A DNA stretch of 64,000 bases from Octopus vulgaris (GCA_951406725.2 OX597826.1:70060001-70124000), one strand, 5' to 3'; shown: positions 27,371 to 41,798, numbered from the stretch's first letter. Numbers and translations are program-made. The notes: a model not told the origin generated them from the letters alone.

Positions 27371-27485
27371 GTTCTAATTAGTGAGATGCTACAGGACAAA
27401 ATGAGACAAAATCTATTAGTATTACCATATGGAGAGATGCCTATCTTTGTATCTATTCCCCCCTCTCTCTGTCTACATATATATA

Positions 27486-27534
<49 letters not shown>

Positions 27535-27562
27535 CTGTGTGTGTATATATATATGTGTCTGT

Positions 27563-27604
<42 letters not shown>

Positions 27605-27888
27605 TTGTTTATCAGTCTGTCGGGCTCTATATATGTCTTTCTTTCTCACTATATTTGTCCTCTCTCTTTCTTTTCCCTCTCTCTCTAACTCTCTCTATCT
27701 AACTGCCTCTTTCTTTCTCTCTCTCCTTCTCTTGCTCTCTCTCTCTCTCTCCCTCTCTCTCATCTACATCCCTTTATTCTCTACATCTCTTCGCTCTCAC
27801 TTTCTCTGTTTCACTATCTCTGCTATTTGATTCTCTATCGTCCTCCATTTTCTCTTTCGCATTACACACACACACGCACACACACACA

Positions 27889-27924
<36 letters not shown>

Positions 27925-28058
27925 AATATATGTATGCATGCATGCATGTATACATGAATATAACGATTATATATACAAACACATATTTATACGCATATAT
28001 ACATATATACACATATATATACATATATATGCATATATATATATGTATATATATAATG

Positions 28059-28124
<66 letters not shown>

Positions 28125-28125
28125 T

Positions 28126-28168
<43 letters not shown>

Positions 28169-28173
28169 TAGAT

Positions 28174-28228
<55 letters not shown>

Positions 28229-28689
28229 TATAGATATAGATATATATATATAGCTTATATATATATCATATATATAGATACATTTCGTCTTTTCTACCCC
28301 CTTTACCTGTTTTTGTCTTTATCTCTCTCTCTCTCTCCTTTTCTCTCTTCCTCTCCCTTTCTCTCTGCCTCTCTCTTTCCTTCTCTCTCTCTCGCTCTTT
28401 CTCTCCTTTCACAAAGGGAAAATTTATCCGCGTGTGTTTGCGACTATTCGAACGAACGTATGTATTTGCATGTGATTGTGTGCACGTATTTATGATAATA
28501 TGTATGCGTGTTTATTTAAATTGAAGCTTCTTCCCTTAAGCAAGTCACCAAGAAAGTAACAAGACCCTTGGAATTTGTATACATATCTGGATTGGCGATT
28601 GGCTGTTGCGTGAATATATATATGTACGTGCCTGTGTGTGCCTCTAAGTATATCTCTGTGTGTATATTACCGCGCGCGCGTGTGTGTGT

Positions 28690-28748
<59 letters not shown>

Positions 28749-28789
28749 CCAAACGTACACTCCAATTGTATATATATGTGTTCAAAGAA

Positions 28790-29250
28790 TCTCAAATGGA
28801 GAAACCCTCGAGAGGTTTTACAAACTTCCATTGCTCTGCAAATTGATTGTATTTGAAGAATGCGGATCATTTTATGTTGTTATTTCTTAAAGAACCCCAT
28901 CAATTCTAGGCTTTTATGGAAATCTATTGTTACATAGGAATATATATACACCTATGATAACAAACGAAATTCTAAATCCTGGATATAAGTCTTCTAAGTT
29001 TCTCGTTAGTCTTTCATAAACGTTCCTCTGCACATTTTTCGATGAGACTTCCTCATCAGCTGAACAGCTGATCTTTACATCGATGTATGATGTCTTTGGC
29101 TCCTTGTACGATAGAATGCTGTCTAGCTTATGGTGTCTTCACTGGATTGCTGTTTTCATTAGAATATTCGATTTGTATTCTTTGTTTTTAAATGTGAAGA
29201 AATATTCTGGCTGTGCTGTGCAGTTAGTATGGTCTCAAGACAATTCTTCC
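28790..29250 (-). mobile_element. Degenerate RLE endonuclease domain of a non-LTR retrotransposon
   Basis: Minus strand: KEYKSNILMKT...HHKLD...VKISCSAD...YERLTRNLEDLYPGFRISFVIIG; resembles the family at 23757. Confidence 0.65.
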
Positions 29251-29386
29251 TGATTAAAGGAGTGTAGACGATTTTAAGTTTCGGATCTTTACCTTTTGAC
29301 CTACAGATTTTTAAAATAATTTTTTGTAACTAAACACTATCAAACTTCGGACGCTGGCAGAATGTGTCATATAAAACACATTGTAC

Positions 29387-29938
29387 GAACGTTCTGGAAG
29401 ACCCACTAGCAGCAGAACTGAGAAAAACATCGCAGATGTGCGTGCAGCTATGATGAGAAATCGTCGACATCCGTGAGTTATCAGAGGATGTCCAGAACAG
29501 TTATGGTTCAGTTCAGTTCATTATCAGTCAAGATATGGATATGAGACGCGTGTCTACCAAGTTTATGCGAAAACTGCTTTCAGCTGACCAAAAGAACATT
29601 CGGGTTTCAGTTGCACAAGATCTCCTTGATTGTGTCTAAAACGATGAATACTTTTTGAAAACTTTGCGTAGGCCTCTGAGCAGGTATCGCCAAGCTTTTG
29701 GAAAACTTTGATGCCGATTCTCAGCTCAGCTTTCTCTGTTATGGTCAATGCGACGATGACATGCTACACATCTTCCTTCCGAGTACTGCTGTAAACAGCG
29801 GAAGCGAGCGAGAACGTTAAAACTTAGTGCACAAGCACAGCAGAGTTCAATGTCAATCTGTGGCAAGCGGCTTCACTATGCGTGCTTTAGCTTCGCTACT
29901 ATGGTAACAGTACGCATATTTATTGATCAGACCACGTA
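29387..29938. mobile_element. Rearranged mariner remnant: internal transposase piece on +, TIR and N-terminus on -
   Basis: + strand ERSGRPT...IRELSED...MRRVSTKFMRKLLSADQK; - strand MTITEKAELRIGIKVFQKLG behind TIR tacgtggtctgatcaata. Confidence 0.85.
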
Positions 29939-29943
29939 TATAC

Positions 29944-29986
<43 letters not shown>

Positions 29987-30003
29987 CATATATATATACA
30001 TAC

Positions 30004-30149
<146 letters not shown>

Positions 30150-30178
30150 GTATATGTATGTATGTATATATGTATGTG

Positions 30179-30244
<66 letters not shown>

Positions 30245-30307
30245 AGCGCGCACGTACATCCAAATACACACATATATGAATGAATACATATATACGTGTG
30301 CGTATGT

Positions 30308-30370
<63 letters not shown>

Positions 30371-31359
30371 TCGCAATGAGGCAGTTTAGTTGTTTTTACT
30401 TCCTGTCGGCTTTATTCATATGATGTCGGCTTTTTTCTTCTTCGCCTATCTACCACAGTATTGTTGTCTCTGGTGAGAATATGTAAATTTACTGTCAACA
30501 TATATTATACAGTAGAAAGCATAAAAACGGCCTAATTAGAAATAATTGCACATTAGCTCAATGACTAATATTGTCTTAACCGAGTCGGGGTAGACAACTC
30601 TGGACATGTTTTGTTTCTTAATGGACCTCCTTAGCGAAGCATAAATTTCAATATAATTATCTAAGTAAACAGTGATTCATTAAATAGATTTACTGTGTCC
30701 TACACGAACAGGCATTGAATTCTTTTCATTGTTATTCACTTTGTGGAGTAGAGCCATGCTGGAGCACCGTATGTGAGGTTGGATTTTGTTAATTCATTAA
30801 CAAATTTTAGTCTTGTACTTATATCATAGATCTTTATTGAATAGCTAAGTTAGGTTTTAATAGAAAGAGATGTAAGTCATCACACAGATTTACATCGGTG
30901 ACCATAAACACAAACGCATACACACGCGCACGAGAACACACACACACACATACACACACACACACACACTGTGCAAAAATGATAAAAAAAACATGAAGAC
31001 GAAGTATAAACAAACAGAATGTATTACGCTTACGCTCAGGAAGAATAGAAGAAAAAAGTTTTCGACGTTTCGAGCATACACACTTTTACGGAAAGAATAG
31101 ACGAAGAGAGAAAGAAGTGGAGAGACAAAAGAACAACCGTGTCTGAATTGGGCGGTTACCACATGCTGAAATGACCAGACGTAGGAAGAGGTCGCTTGAG
31201 ACGTGTGCGATAAAGGGAAACTGTAGGGTGTGACTTGAGGCTTGGGCGACAAAGGGGACAACTAAGAATATGGCGTATATGTGTGAGCACGCGCGTGACT
31301 ATATGAAACTAATGTGCGTGCATACTGTGAGTGTTAGTGCGTGTGTCTATGTGTCGATA

Positions 31360-31930
31360 AGACATGCAAATCTGCACCCAAGACCCTCGAGACGAAATGG
31401 TTCTTCCGGCTTTTGGTGAACATTCACTAGGTCGAAAAAATATTTTTGAGTAGAATGCATGCTTCAAGGCCAATCGATCGTCGGTTCAAAGTGTGAAGCG
31501 TTCAGGGTGACTAATCAATGGCAAGACTGCCAGGGAATGTAGGACAAGTTAGTGAACTCTTTCATGGTAGACATTGCCAAGCAATACTTCAGGTCTTAAC
31601 CGTGAATGGAATTACATATGGAGTCTACTGGTTGATTTTCACTGAAAAACTGAACTATTTTAGCATTGCTGCGAAGTTTGTCTACCGGGTGTTGATACTC
31701 AACAAAAATCAACAGTGATTCGGCATGGGGCTTGAGCTTCGTGAGAAAGCCATCAATGATCCCAGCTTTTATCATTAGAATCATCACAAGCAATGAAAGT
31801 TGGGCACACGGCTCTGATCAGGAGACAAAGCAGCAGTCATTCCGATGAAACGATTGCAAATTAGCAGGAAGTAAGAAAGTGTTGCAGGTCTCTGGGGTGC
31901 AACGAAAAGTATGCTAATCGGTTTTAGATT
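31360..31930 (+). mobile_element. Mariner transposase pseudogene fragment
   Basis: AFGEHSLGR, IAAKFVYRVL, NDPSFIIRIITSNESW...ETKQQS, KSMLI, with stops. Confidence 0.85.
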
Positions 31931-32325
31931 ATTTTGTTTTACGACGGCTAAGGGAGTTATCGTTATTGAATGGGATTATCTATTTCTTTACTACCCACAA
32001 GGGTCTAAACAAGTAAAGAGAGTAAGAGCGCCGATACCAGGCAGTGGACAAAATTCAGGTGGAATAAACAGATGCTATTGGACGGTCATCAGGAAAAGAA
32101 CGTCTGTGGTGTTTTTAGGGTGAGGAGGACGTTTTGGGATGACTGTGTATGTTCCCAAGGGGAATAATTCGGAAAGGAATTTTTTCCCAATATATATGCA
32201 TGTAACATATTAGATTAGTAATTATTTAGCAGAGTATTAGTGTGCTACTAACACTTTGCATGTATACACGTCTATGTGTGTGTGTGTGTGCGTGAGTATA
32301 TATGTGTGTACGTATATATATATAT

Positions 32326-32468
32326 ATTTCTTTACTACCCACAAGGGGCTAAACACAGAGGAGACAAACAAGGACAGACAAAGGGATTAAGTCGATTACA
32401 TCGACCCCAGTGCGTAACTGGTACTTAATTTATCGACCCCGGAAGGATGAAAGGCAAAGTCGACCTCG
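32326..32468 (-). mobile_element. SINE family B fragment
   Basis: Matches the distal part of the 184-bp unit. Confidence 0.85.
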
Positions 32469-32527
<59 letters not shown>

Positions 32528-32723
32528 CGTTTACATTTAAAATGTAAATATAGAAGCGTAGAGAAATATGTAGATAAGCCATTCATTATTAGTGTCTCGA
32601 ATGCGAATCCAGCGATAAATGACAGCTCATGAATACATCCAAGGATGACTTATTTTAACTCTGTATTATGAGCAATTATTTATAGCTGGATTTGCATTCA
32701 AGAAACATCACTACAATAGATCA

Positions 32724-32781
<58 letters not shown>

Positions 32782-32784
<3 letters not shown>

Positions 32785-32990
32785 GAGGGGGTGCTGAAAA
32801 GTTCCTGGCTTTAAGAGTATTGCGAAAGGCCTGGTTGGAGGCCCAACCTTCCGAGTTCCTTCACTGGGCTTAGAAAAACTGAAGGACCGCTGCAATAAGT
32901 GAGTGACCCTGAGAGGGAGATATGTGATTAACTAATCCCCCCGTTATTTTGTTTCACCCAAAGCCAGGAAGCCTCCAACACTCCCTCGTA
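32782..32990 (+). mobile_element. Mariner-derived MITE with TA TSD
   Basis: TIRs tacgagggggtgctgaaaagttcctggcttt / aaagccaggaagcctccaacactccctcgta; internal GLEKLKDRCNK resembles a mariner C-terminus. Confidence 0.85.
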
Positions 32991-33127
32991 TATATATTTC
33001 TACGTGTGTGTATATGTTTGTATGTGTATGTGCATGCTTGTGTGTATGTGTGTGTGCGCGGGTGCATGCGTGTATATACATATACATATACAGGTGCAAG
33101 AGTGGCTGTATGGTAAGAAGCTTGCTT

Positions 33128-34036
33128 ACCACCCCGAAAGAATGAAAGGCAAAGACGGCCTCGGCGGAATTTGAACTCTTATGGTAAAGACGTTCGAAAT
33201 GTCGCTAAATATTTTGTCCGGCATGCTAACGATTCTCAGTTTTCCTCCTTGGTTATTGGTTTCAAATGTTGGCACAAGGCCAGAAATTACGGGAGAAGTG
33301 GGGAAGTCAATTACATCGACCGCAATGTACAACTGGTATTTATTTCGTCGAACGCGAAAGGATGAAAGGCAAGGTCGACTTCGCCGGGATTTGAACTCAG
33401 AACATGAATACGGATGAAATACCGTCAAGGACTTTGCCCGGTGTGCTAACGATTCTTTTGTACTCTAGGTACAAGGCCCGAAATTTTGGGGGAGGGGGCC
33501 AGTCGATTATATCGGCTCCAGTGCGCAGCTGGTACTTAATTTATCGATCCCCCGAAAGGATGAAAGGCAAAGTCGACCTCGGCGGATTTGAACTCAGAAC
33601 TAACGTTTCTTATTTCTTTACTGCCCACAAGGAGCTACACACAGAGCACACAGAGGGGACAAACAAGGGCAGACGAACGGATTAAGTCGATTATATCGAC
33701 CCCAGCGCGTAACTGGTACTTATTTAATCGACCTCGAAAGGATGAAAGGCAAAGTCGACCTCGGCGGAATTTGAACTCAGAACGTAGCGGCAGACAAAAT
33801 GCCTATTTCTTTACTACCCACAAGGGGCCAAACACAGAGGAGACAAACAAGGACAGACAAACGGATTAAGTCGATTACATCGACCCCAGTGCGTAACTGG
33901 TACTTAATTTATCGACCCCGAAAGGATGAAAGGCAAAGTCAACCTCGGCGGAAATTGAACTTAGAACGTAACAGCAGACGAAATACTGCTAAGCATTTCG
34001 CCCGGCGTGCTAACGTTTCTGCCAGCTCACTGCCTT
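33128..34036 (-). mobile_element. Compound cluster of SINE family B units with different tails
   Basis: Five occurrences of gaaaggcaaagtcgacctcggcggaatttgaactc-like sequence. Confidence 0.85.
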
Positions 34037-35232
34037 AAAGTGGGTGATTCCGCAACCATGGGGGCCGTGAAAATTTTTATATTGGTTCTGGAGACAAATG
34101 CAACGGTGAAGTGAGTGCAATATATGGCCTAGTTATATGAATTTTCAAATTCCTTTTCCAAAATTTTAATTAGTCTAATTAAAAAAAATATACATATTTC
34201 CTAGTTTTATTCTCTGTACAAATCACCTGCAAATATTAATAGTCAAAATGTTGTTTTGACATTCCAAGTAATACTAATGAAATGACGTGTGTGAAAATAG
34301 TCTTTTGATGATGATCAACCTGTCAACAGAAATGCAGATTTTTTTTTTTTTTTGTGGTGTGGTGTATTTAATTTTATTGACTCGTAGCAAGGGGCGTTGT
34401 CCCTTAAAGAAAGGAAGCAAGCAATAGTTAAAAAAAAAATATTTGAGGAATATTGGCCTCCAAACATGACAAAAAAATGAAAAGTTTACAAATATTTTTT
34501 TGCCTTTCTGATTGAGTTAATTAATCTTTTATTCGTTTTTACTGATTTCAGTCAAAGAAGCTTTAGGCGCTCGTATAATGCAAGTAATTAGCAAGTTCGT
34601 TAGATGGTCGCTAAAAATTGCTTTGCAGTAATTGGTCCGGCTCTCCACCCTCTGAGCTCAAATCCTACAGCCGTCATATTTTGCCCTTCAATTTTCGGTA
34701 TCGATAAAGGACAAGACCTCTCCTAGAGTCATTTTTTTCTCTTTCTTCTTGTCTCTTTCTCTCCTTTTGAGAGAAATCCCCCATAATCAGGCTTGTAAAG
34801 GGACGTGCCCTACCGGGTTTGAAATGTCAAAAACATGCCGTATAATACAACGGTGCTCCTAGATTCCAGCGCGATATTAGTTAATCATATTGATCCCGAT
34901 TCGTTTTTTTATTTTTTTTTTAACTGACCTGGTCAACAGGACTGGCCAATGCCCATAGGTTTCGTACATTCTCGAACATTGGTGAGGTCTATACGGTTAA
35001 TGTTATTTTCCTGTACGACTGCAAGTCGATCTCTACAGGAAAAACATTGTCAAGGATTTCTGAAACCGGAGTAAGCAAGAGAAAATACTTGGGTGAGCCA
35101 ACTTCGTAAAAACACTGGAATTTTGAGGTAATCACAAACCATCTAAATACGATTCGTATTGTCTTCTATTATGGGCTCCGGATCGACCAAAGCCTTATGA
35201 GTAAATTTGGTTGACGGAAACCGTATTTCTCG

Positions 35233-35321
<89 letters not shown>

Positions 35322-36574
35322 CAATGTATCTACCTATCAATTTGTCTCACTTTCTCCCTCTCCCCCTCTCTCTCTCTCTCAATATATGCTCACACATATG
35401 CACACACACACATACACACACAGACTCATATATACCGATTGATTGAGGAGATAATTATAATTTTATCAATCGCACATCATGTAGGATCGTAGTTAAAGTA
35501 GTATTCCAATAATCGAAGAAAGATCGATGAGATTTCGATTAATACAAAGGGGGCACACACACATACACACACACACACACACATGCGTGTGGTTATGTGT
35601 GTGTATGCATTCTTGTGCATTGGGTTAATTTGCCCCTGCTTAACTTAGGGGGTCGGCAATAAAGACTTAGAAATCAACTCCTGAAGGCGATTTGACCAAC
35701 CAAAACCGTCAAGGCGGTCGCCTATCATTGGTCGCAGTCCAATGATTGAAACCAGCATAACAAAAAAATTTTAAATAAACGAATACACTGAAAATCACAA
35801 CACTAATAATGAAAATAATGGGTCTCCACTATTTATATCGAGGACCACTACTTTGTCTAATCAAATGTTTTTAACTCGTGTGACTTTTTTCAAGAAAATG
35901 TATGCTCAGATAAACTTGTCTGGAATTGCTTTTCCAAAAACACCCGCAATTTTACAGTTTTGCAGTTTTATAGCGGGAGAGACTAGCAAACTAATCCGTG
36001 AGCTTCATATTTGTGTTCTATGATTGATTGCTCTAATGATCGGATTTAGTTCCTGAATCTCTATTACGAGCGCAATTGATACAGAAAAATTCCACACAAG
36101 TTGATGACGGCGTTTTATTTATTTGTTTTGTTTTTGTCTTTCGTCGTTTTTCGTTTTTTTTTTTTGTTTTGTTTTTTGCTTTCAGGGTTGTTGTTTTTTT
36201 TTTTATATTCGTCCTTTGAATTCAGATTCCCTATTAACTTTCCCAATGATGTTTTTTTTCTTTTTTTTTCCTTTCATTTTTTGTTGTTTTTTTTTTTTTT
36301 GTCTTCTTTATCCACCAGATATGTCTTCTTTTAACATTAAATCACTGATATATTCACAGTGTTTCGTTTCCTTGCTGTAATGTGTACCATAGAACATACA
36401 TATCTATGGGCTTCTTCTTTTGCTCAACAATCGTCGCAGCACACACAGCGTTGCCTAAAAGAGAGAAAAAGAAACAGAGATAGGTTTCTATATAGCACAT
36501 TACAGCAATATCTTCTTTTATATCCTTTTGGCGCCATGTTGCAACACACACACACATCAAGTCTGTCACTATTT

Positions 36575-37500
36575 CCCCTCTCTCCCTCTCTTTCTTTCTC
36601 TTTCTCTCTCTCTCTTCCCCTCCTTCTTTGTCTCGCCCGCACGCACTCAATCTGTTTTGTCTCTCTCTGTCTTCTGTCTTACTCTCTCTCCTCCTCCTCT
36701 CTCTTCTCCCTTCTCTTTTTTCTCTCTCTCCTCTTCTCTTTCTTTCTCTCTCCCCTCTCTCTCTTTTTCTCTCCCCCTCCTCTCTCTTCCTTTTCTTTTT
36801 CTCTCTTCTCTTCTCTTTCTTTCTCTCTCCCCTCCTCTCTCTTCCCCTTCTTTCCTCTCTGTCTTCTCTTTCTTTCTCACTCCCCTTCTCTTTCTTTCTC
36901 TTTCTCTCCTCTCCCCTCTCTTTCCCTTCTTTTCTCTCTCTCTTCTCTTTCTTTCTCTTTCCCCTTCTCCTTCTTCCCCTTCTCTTTCTTTCTCTTTCTC
37001 TCCCTTCCTCTCTCTTTCCCTTCTTTTTCTCTCTCTCTCTTCTCTTTCTTTCTCTCTCCCCTTCTCCTTCTTCCCCTTCTCTTCCTTTCTCTCCCCCTAC
37101 ATACCTTCTTAACTATGTCTCTACCTTCCCACACATCTTCATATTTTTCTGCCTAGCTGTTTCTCTCTCCCATTCTGACTCCTTCATCACTTCTCTCTTT
37201 CTCTTTCGCTCTCTCCCTCCCTCCCCCCCTCTCTCTCTCTCTTTCTACATACCTACCTACCTACCTACCTACCTACCTACCTACCTACCTACGTATCTCT
37301 CTATCTACTTTTCTTTCTCCTAATCCCTACTCGCTTACCGCCTCTCTTCCTCTCTTCCTCTCTCCTCTAGATGTACTCTTATCTCTCTCTCTCTCTTTCT
37401 CTCTTTCTCTCTCTCCCAGGTCGGTTCTTGCCTCTTTTTCTTTCTCTCTCTCCTTATCTTTCTCCCTCCCTCATTCTCCCTCCCTCTCTATCCCCCTTAT
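36575..37500. repeat. Polypyrimidine/polypurine tract of about 0.9 kb
   Basis: Almost purely C/T on the + strand from about 36690 to 37095, and C/T-rich on both sides. Confidence 0.9.
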
Positions 37501-37911
37501 ATAGCTTAACCCTACCTAGCCCCTTCTCTCTCACACACATTCTCTTTCTACTTCCATTTCCCACTCTCATATGCACGACAGACCGCACAACCTGCAAGAA
37601 ATAGCAGCTACGTCTTTCTCTAAACACAGTTCACGATCATAGCAAAAGACACCTTGGATGACATTGTCCTAGGCTCTTTACACAAAGGCAAAAGCCAAGA
37701 ATGTCACGGGTGGAATACCTTTAATCATACATCTAACCAACCATGGCTGGTCGGGGGTTAAACAGCAACAACAATTTGTTCCTGTCCATATGTTCCCATT
37801 CTTTTTATCCCCTTATTTATCTGTGAGTCTTTCCTTCTGTCTCTCTCTCGCCCTTTCTCTCTCTCTCGCTCTTTCCTTCTTTCTCTCTCTCTCTCTTTCT
37901 CTCTCTCTCTG

Positions 37912-37952
<41 letters not shown>

Positions 37953-38124
37953 TACACACACACAATACCTGTACCCCTATCTCACTCCCTCCTAAATCAT
38001 CCTTCACAGGATGTCTCTCGTCAAAAGGTCACGCAAGACAACCCACATCATTGTATTTTAGTTCGGGACAATTCACAGGACAGCATATCGTGTCGTGATG
38101 TTCCACCTCCTCCCCCCCCTTTTC

Positions 38125-38140
38125 TTACTACTACTACTAC

Positions 38141-38191
<51 letters not shown>

Positions 38192-38500
38192 CACCAACAC
38201 CACCACCACCACCACCACCACCACTACTACTACTACTACTAATGATAATAATACTAATAATAATATCACTACTACTGCAATCATTACCACCACCACCATC
38301 ACCACCATCTCTACAACCTCTATCACTACCAGCATTACTACTACTACTACTATCACCACCACCACCATCACCTCTATTACTACCACCGTCACCACCTCCG
38401 CCACCACTACCACTACTACTACTAGTACCACTACCAACACCTCCAATACCCCCACCACCATCACCATCACCATCACCACCACTGCCACTACTACAACTAA
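38125..38500. repeat. Compound (TAA)/(CAC)/(TAC) triplet repeat
   Basis: Direct inspection. Confidence 0.9.
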
Positions 38501-38783
38501 TACTATTGCTGGTGGTGGTCGTGGGAGGGTGTTTGTAACGGTTGCTATACATTTCGTAGTTCAAATCGCTCTCGCCACCACACTCCGCCCCCGCCCTAAG
38601 ACTCCTCCCTCCCCCCTCTCCTTCCCCCCAATCCCAATTTTCGGCTATTGCCTTTATTCATATCAAGATCGAAATGATATAATTATCTAATTACGTAATT
38701 ATAATTATATATGTTCCCTCGTTGACTCGAAATGTACCCAGTGAATAGATTAAGGGAACATGTCTTACGCGCGCGCGCGCGCC

Positions 38784-38836
<53 letters not shown>

Positions 38837-38919
38837 GCACACATAAGCAAACATACACGCACATACACACTCATACACTCATAATAAATGCATACACAGA
38901 AATACATGCACATACGCAG

Positions 38920-38951
<32 letters not shown>

Positions 38952-39787
38952 GGAAACACATATACACACATGCATTAACACATATCCGCATACAGATATA
39001 AACACACATATATACACGCATACACAGAAATACACACACATAAATGCACATACACAGATATACACACATACACGCACATAGAAACACATATACACACATG
39101 CATCAACACATATTCACATACACAGATATATACACACATGTATACACGCATACACAGACACACAAACATACACAGGCATACACACACAAATACATACATA
39201 CATACATAATACATACATAAATACATACATAATACATACATACATACATACATACATGCATACATACAGATATAAACACACATGTATACACGCATACACA
39301 GACACACAAGCATACACACATACACACATACACACACATACATACATACATACATACATACATACACACACACATACATACATACATACATACATACATA
39401 CATACATACATACATACATACATACATACATACATACATACATACATACATACATACATACATACACGCATGCATGCCAGAAAAATTAAACATGATACTA
39501 AGCAATTCATTAAACAGAATATAACATGCGTTAACAAGATGGCTGACGGGAAAATACTGCAATGGCGGCGAAGGTGATGACATCCTGCATAATAAATGTA
39601 AATTCGTAAGATCTCACACATTCGATACCTCGGTCAACTGAGTTTAACCAAGCAATTAGTTGTCGAATGCGTCAACAAGAAAGGGAAATAACTCAGATAT
39701 GAGTAGATGGGAATTTTAGGCATTATACGTAATCTTCCGTTAACGTGTTTTAGGAAATACGTTATCCTTAAGAAACCTGAATCCAAA

Positions 39788-40320
39788 TCTATAAATATAA
39801 AACTGAAGTTGTCTGTGTGTGTGTGGCAGGTTTGGTAGCCTTCAACTAACACTATCTCCTCTGAGACCCTGCGGCGCAAGTTGACCAAAATTGAGAGTAT
39901 GATAGAAGAAGGCTTGCTCTTCATTCCGTAGTAGAAAAAATTCAAATCGGACCATGTTAACACCAAAAATTATTTACATCAAAAAGGTGCTTTTTTTCTA
40001 TGAAAATACCTATTTTTTACGATTTCTTGACTGCTGTGTCGCCATTTTTCCGTGTAGTTCAACCAGAAAAATGTTCACTTAAAGAGAATAACAAACTATT
40101 CTCTTTAAGTGAACATTTTTCTGGTTGAAATACACCGAAAAATGGCGACTCAGCAGTCAAAAAAATTGTAAAAAATAGGGATTTTCATAGAAAAAAGCAC
40201 CTTTTTGATGTAATTTTGCATTATGTAGCTACATAATGCAAAATCTTTACTTTTCAAAAATTCCAATTCTAAAGGGTCGAAAAGAAAACAAACCCGAGCA
40301 ACGCCGGGCTATACTGCTAG
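39788..40320 (+). mobile_element. Non-autonomous Helitron with internal fold-back duplication
   Basis: A|TC start, hairpin plus CTAG|T end; homologous to 48258-48647 with an extra inverted segment. Confidence 0.85.
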
Positions 40321-40414
40321 TAAAACTATAAATATATAATAATTCGTGAATTGTCGGGTAAAATATCGCTTTAACGGGGATAAAAACTGAACAGCTGAAG
40401 TCCTCTGGAGATTG

Positions 40415-40890
40415 AATCGCATATCTGCTGTTAGATGGCTAAGTAACCACAACTGAGGGAGATCTTTTAAACTTACAATCATCACATTTAGGGGTTTTAT
40501 CTGTACAAGCGAGAAATTGTATTTGTTTTCCATTGTTCGAGATATTTACAAATATAAAATACGAGAATTAAGCTGCATGTCAGCTGTAAAAACGGATGGA
40601 CGGAGTAACCACGGCACTAAAGAAAACCTATACACTTTCAACCGTCAAATTGGTGGGACTTTTTACTGTACAAGGGTGAAATTATATTTGTTTTCATTTG
40701 TCAGAAACACTGAGAAATTTAAAATACAAGAATTAACTGCATGTCATCCGTGTGAACGGATGGACGTGGTATCCACTTCACCAAGGAGAATCTTTACAGT
40801 TTCAGCCATCAAATTAGAGGCTTTTAACTATACGAGCGAGAAATTATATTTGTTTCGCTTTGTTCGAAACATTGAAACATTTGAAAATAA
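40415..40890. repeat. Degenerate tandem repeat, three units of about 163 bp
   Basis: tgtacaagcgagaaattgtatttgtttt-like anchor at 40502, 40667 and 40829. Confidence 0.8.
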
Positions 40891-40919
40891 ATCCCAAATG
40901 GAAACGGGTAAATAAATAG

Positions 40920-41068
40920 TTCTTTCTACCATAGGCACAAGACAGGAAATTTCTTCGTTGAGTGCTAGTCGGTTACGTTAACTCTAGAGTTAAACCTGGT
41001 ACTTATTTTATCGACCCCGGAAAGATGAAAAGCAAAGTTGACCTCGGCAGAATTTGAACTCAGAACGT
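40920..41068 (-). mobile_element. Degenerate SINE family B fragment
   Basis: tggtacttattttatcgaccccggaaagatgaaaagcaaagttgacctcggc. Confidence 0.7.
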
Positions 41069-41507
41069 TTCCGATGTTCTAAAAGTTGTGAACACGTTAT
41101 TAAATTTATCTAGTCACTGAAGAACTTTCAGATGAACAATGTCATTTTCTAATTGCTCAGCATGGCCACAGTCAAATGGCTGAAACAAGTAGAAGACTAA
41201 GAGAGTAAACATGATAATTATATAGTTATAAACTTCATGACTCCAACTGTTGCAATGTACCGTCCGTTTGCGCCATTTAACCGTACACGTTCAACAATCC
41301 TCTACCTATCAACCAGCGTAGTAACCTTTGAACTATGCAACCACAAGTAACTTTTATCCAGGAACATCATTCCTCTGGGAGCAATCTTTAACCAGAAATG
41401 TCATTAATCCTGTAATAATGTTCAATCAGAAGAAACACTTAGCCAAGCATTTTATTCAACTAGGAGTAATCTATTGACGAGCGTGTAGTGATTTTCAACC
41501 TCTTTGC

Positions 41508-41539
<32 letters not shown>

Positions 41540-41798
41540 AATCCTCCTCTTCCTCCTCTTTCTACCTCTTACTTCTTCAGTCTCTCCCTTCCTTCCTTCC
41601 TTCCTTCCTATCTTCCTTCTTTACTTCATTCATTCATTCATTCATTCATTCATTCTCTCTACCTTTCACTCTTTCTCTACTTGCAATCTCTCGCTCTTTC
41701 TCTCCCCCTTTCTTCCTCATTCTTTTTCTCCCTCTTTCTTCCTCACTCTTTCTCCCCCCTTCTTTCACACTCTTTATTTCTCAACCCCTCACTCTCTC

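Noticed and set aside
26386-27381. 331-aa ORF rich in P, T, H and Y
   Set aside because: Starts and ends in microsatellites, has no recognisable domain, and its length is explained by stop-free repeats
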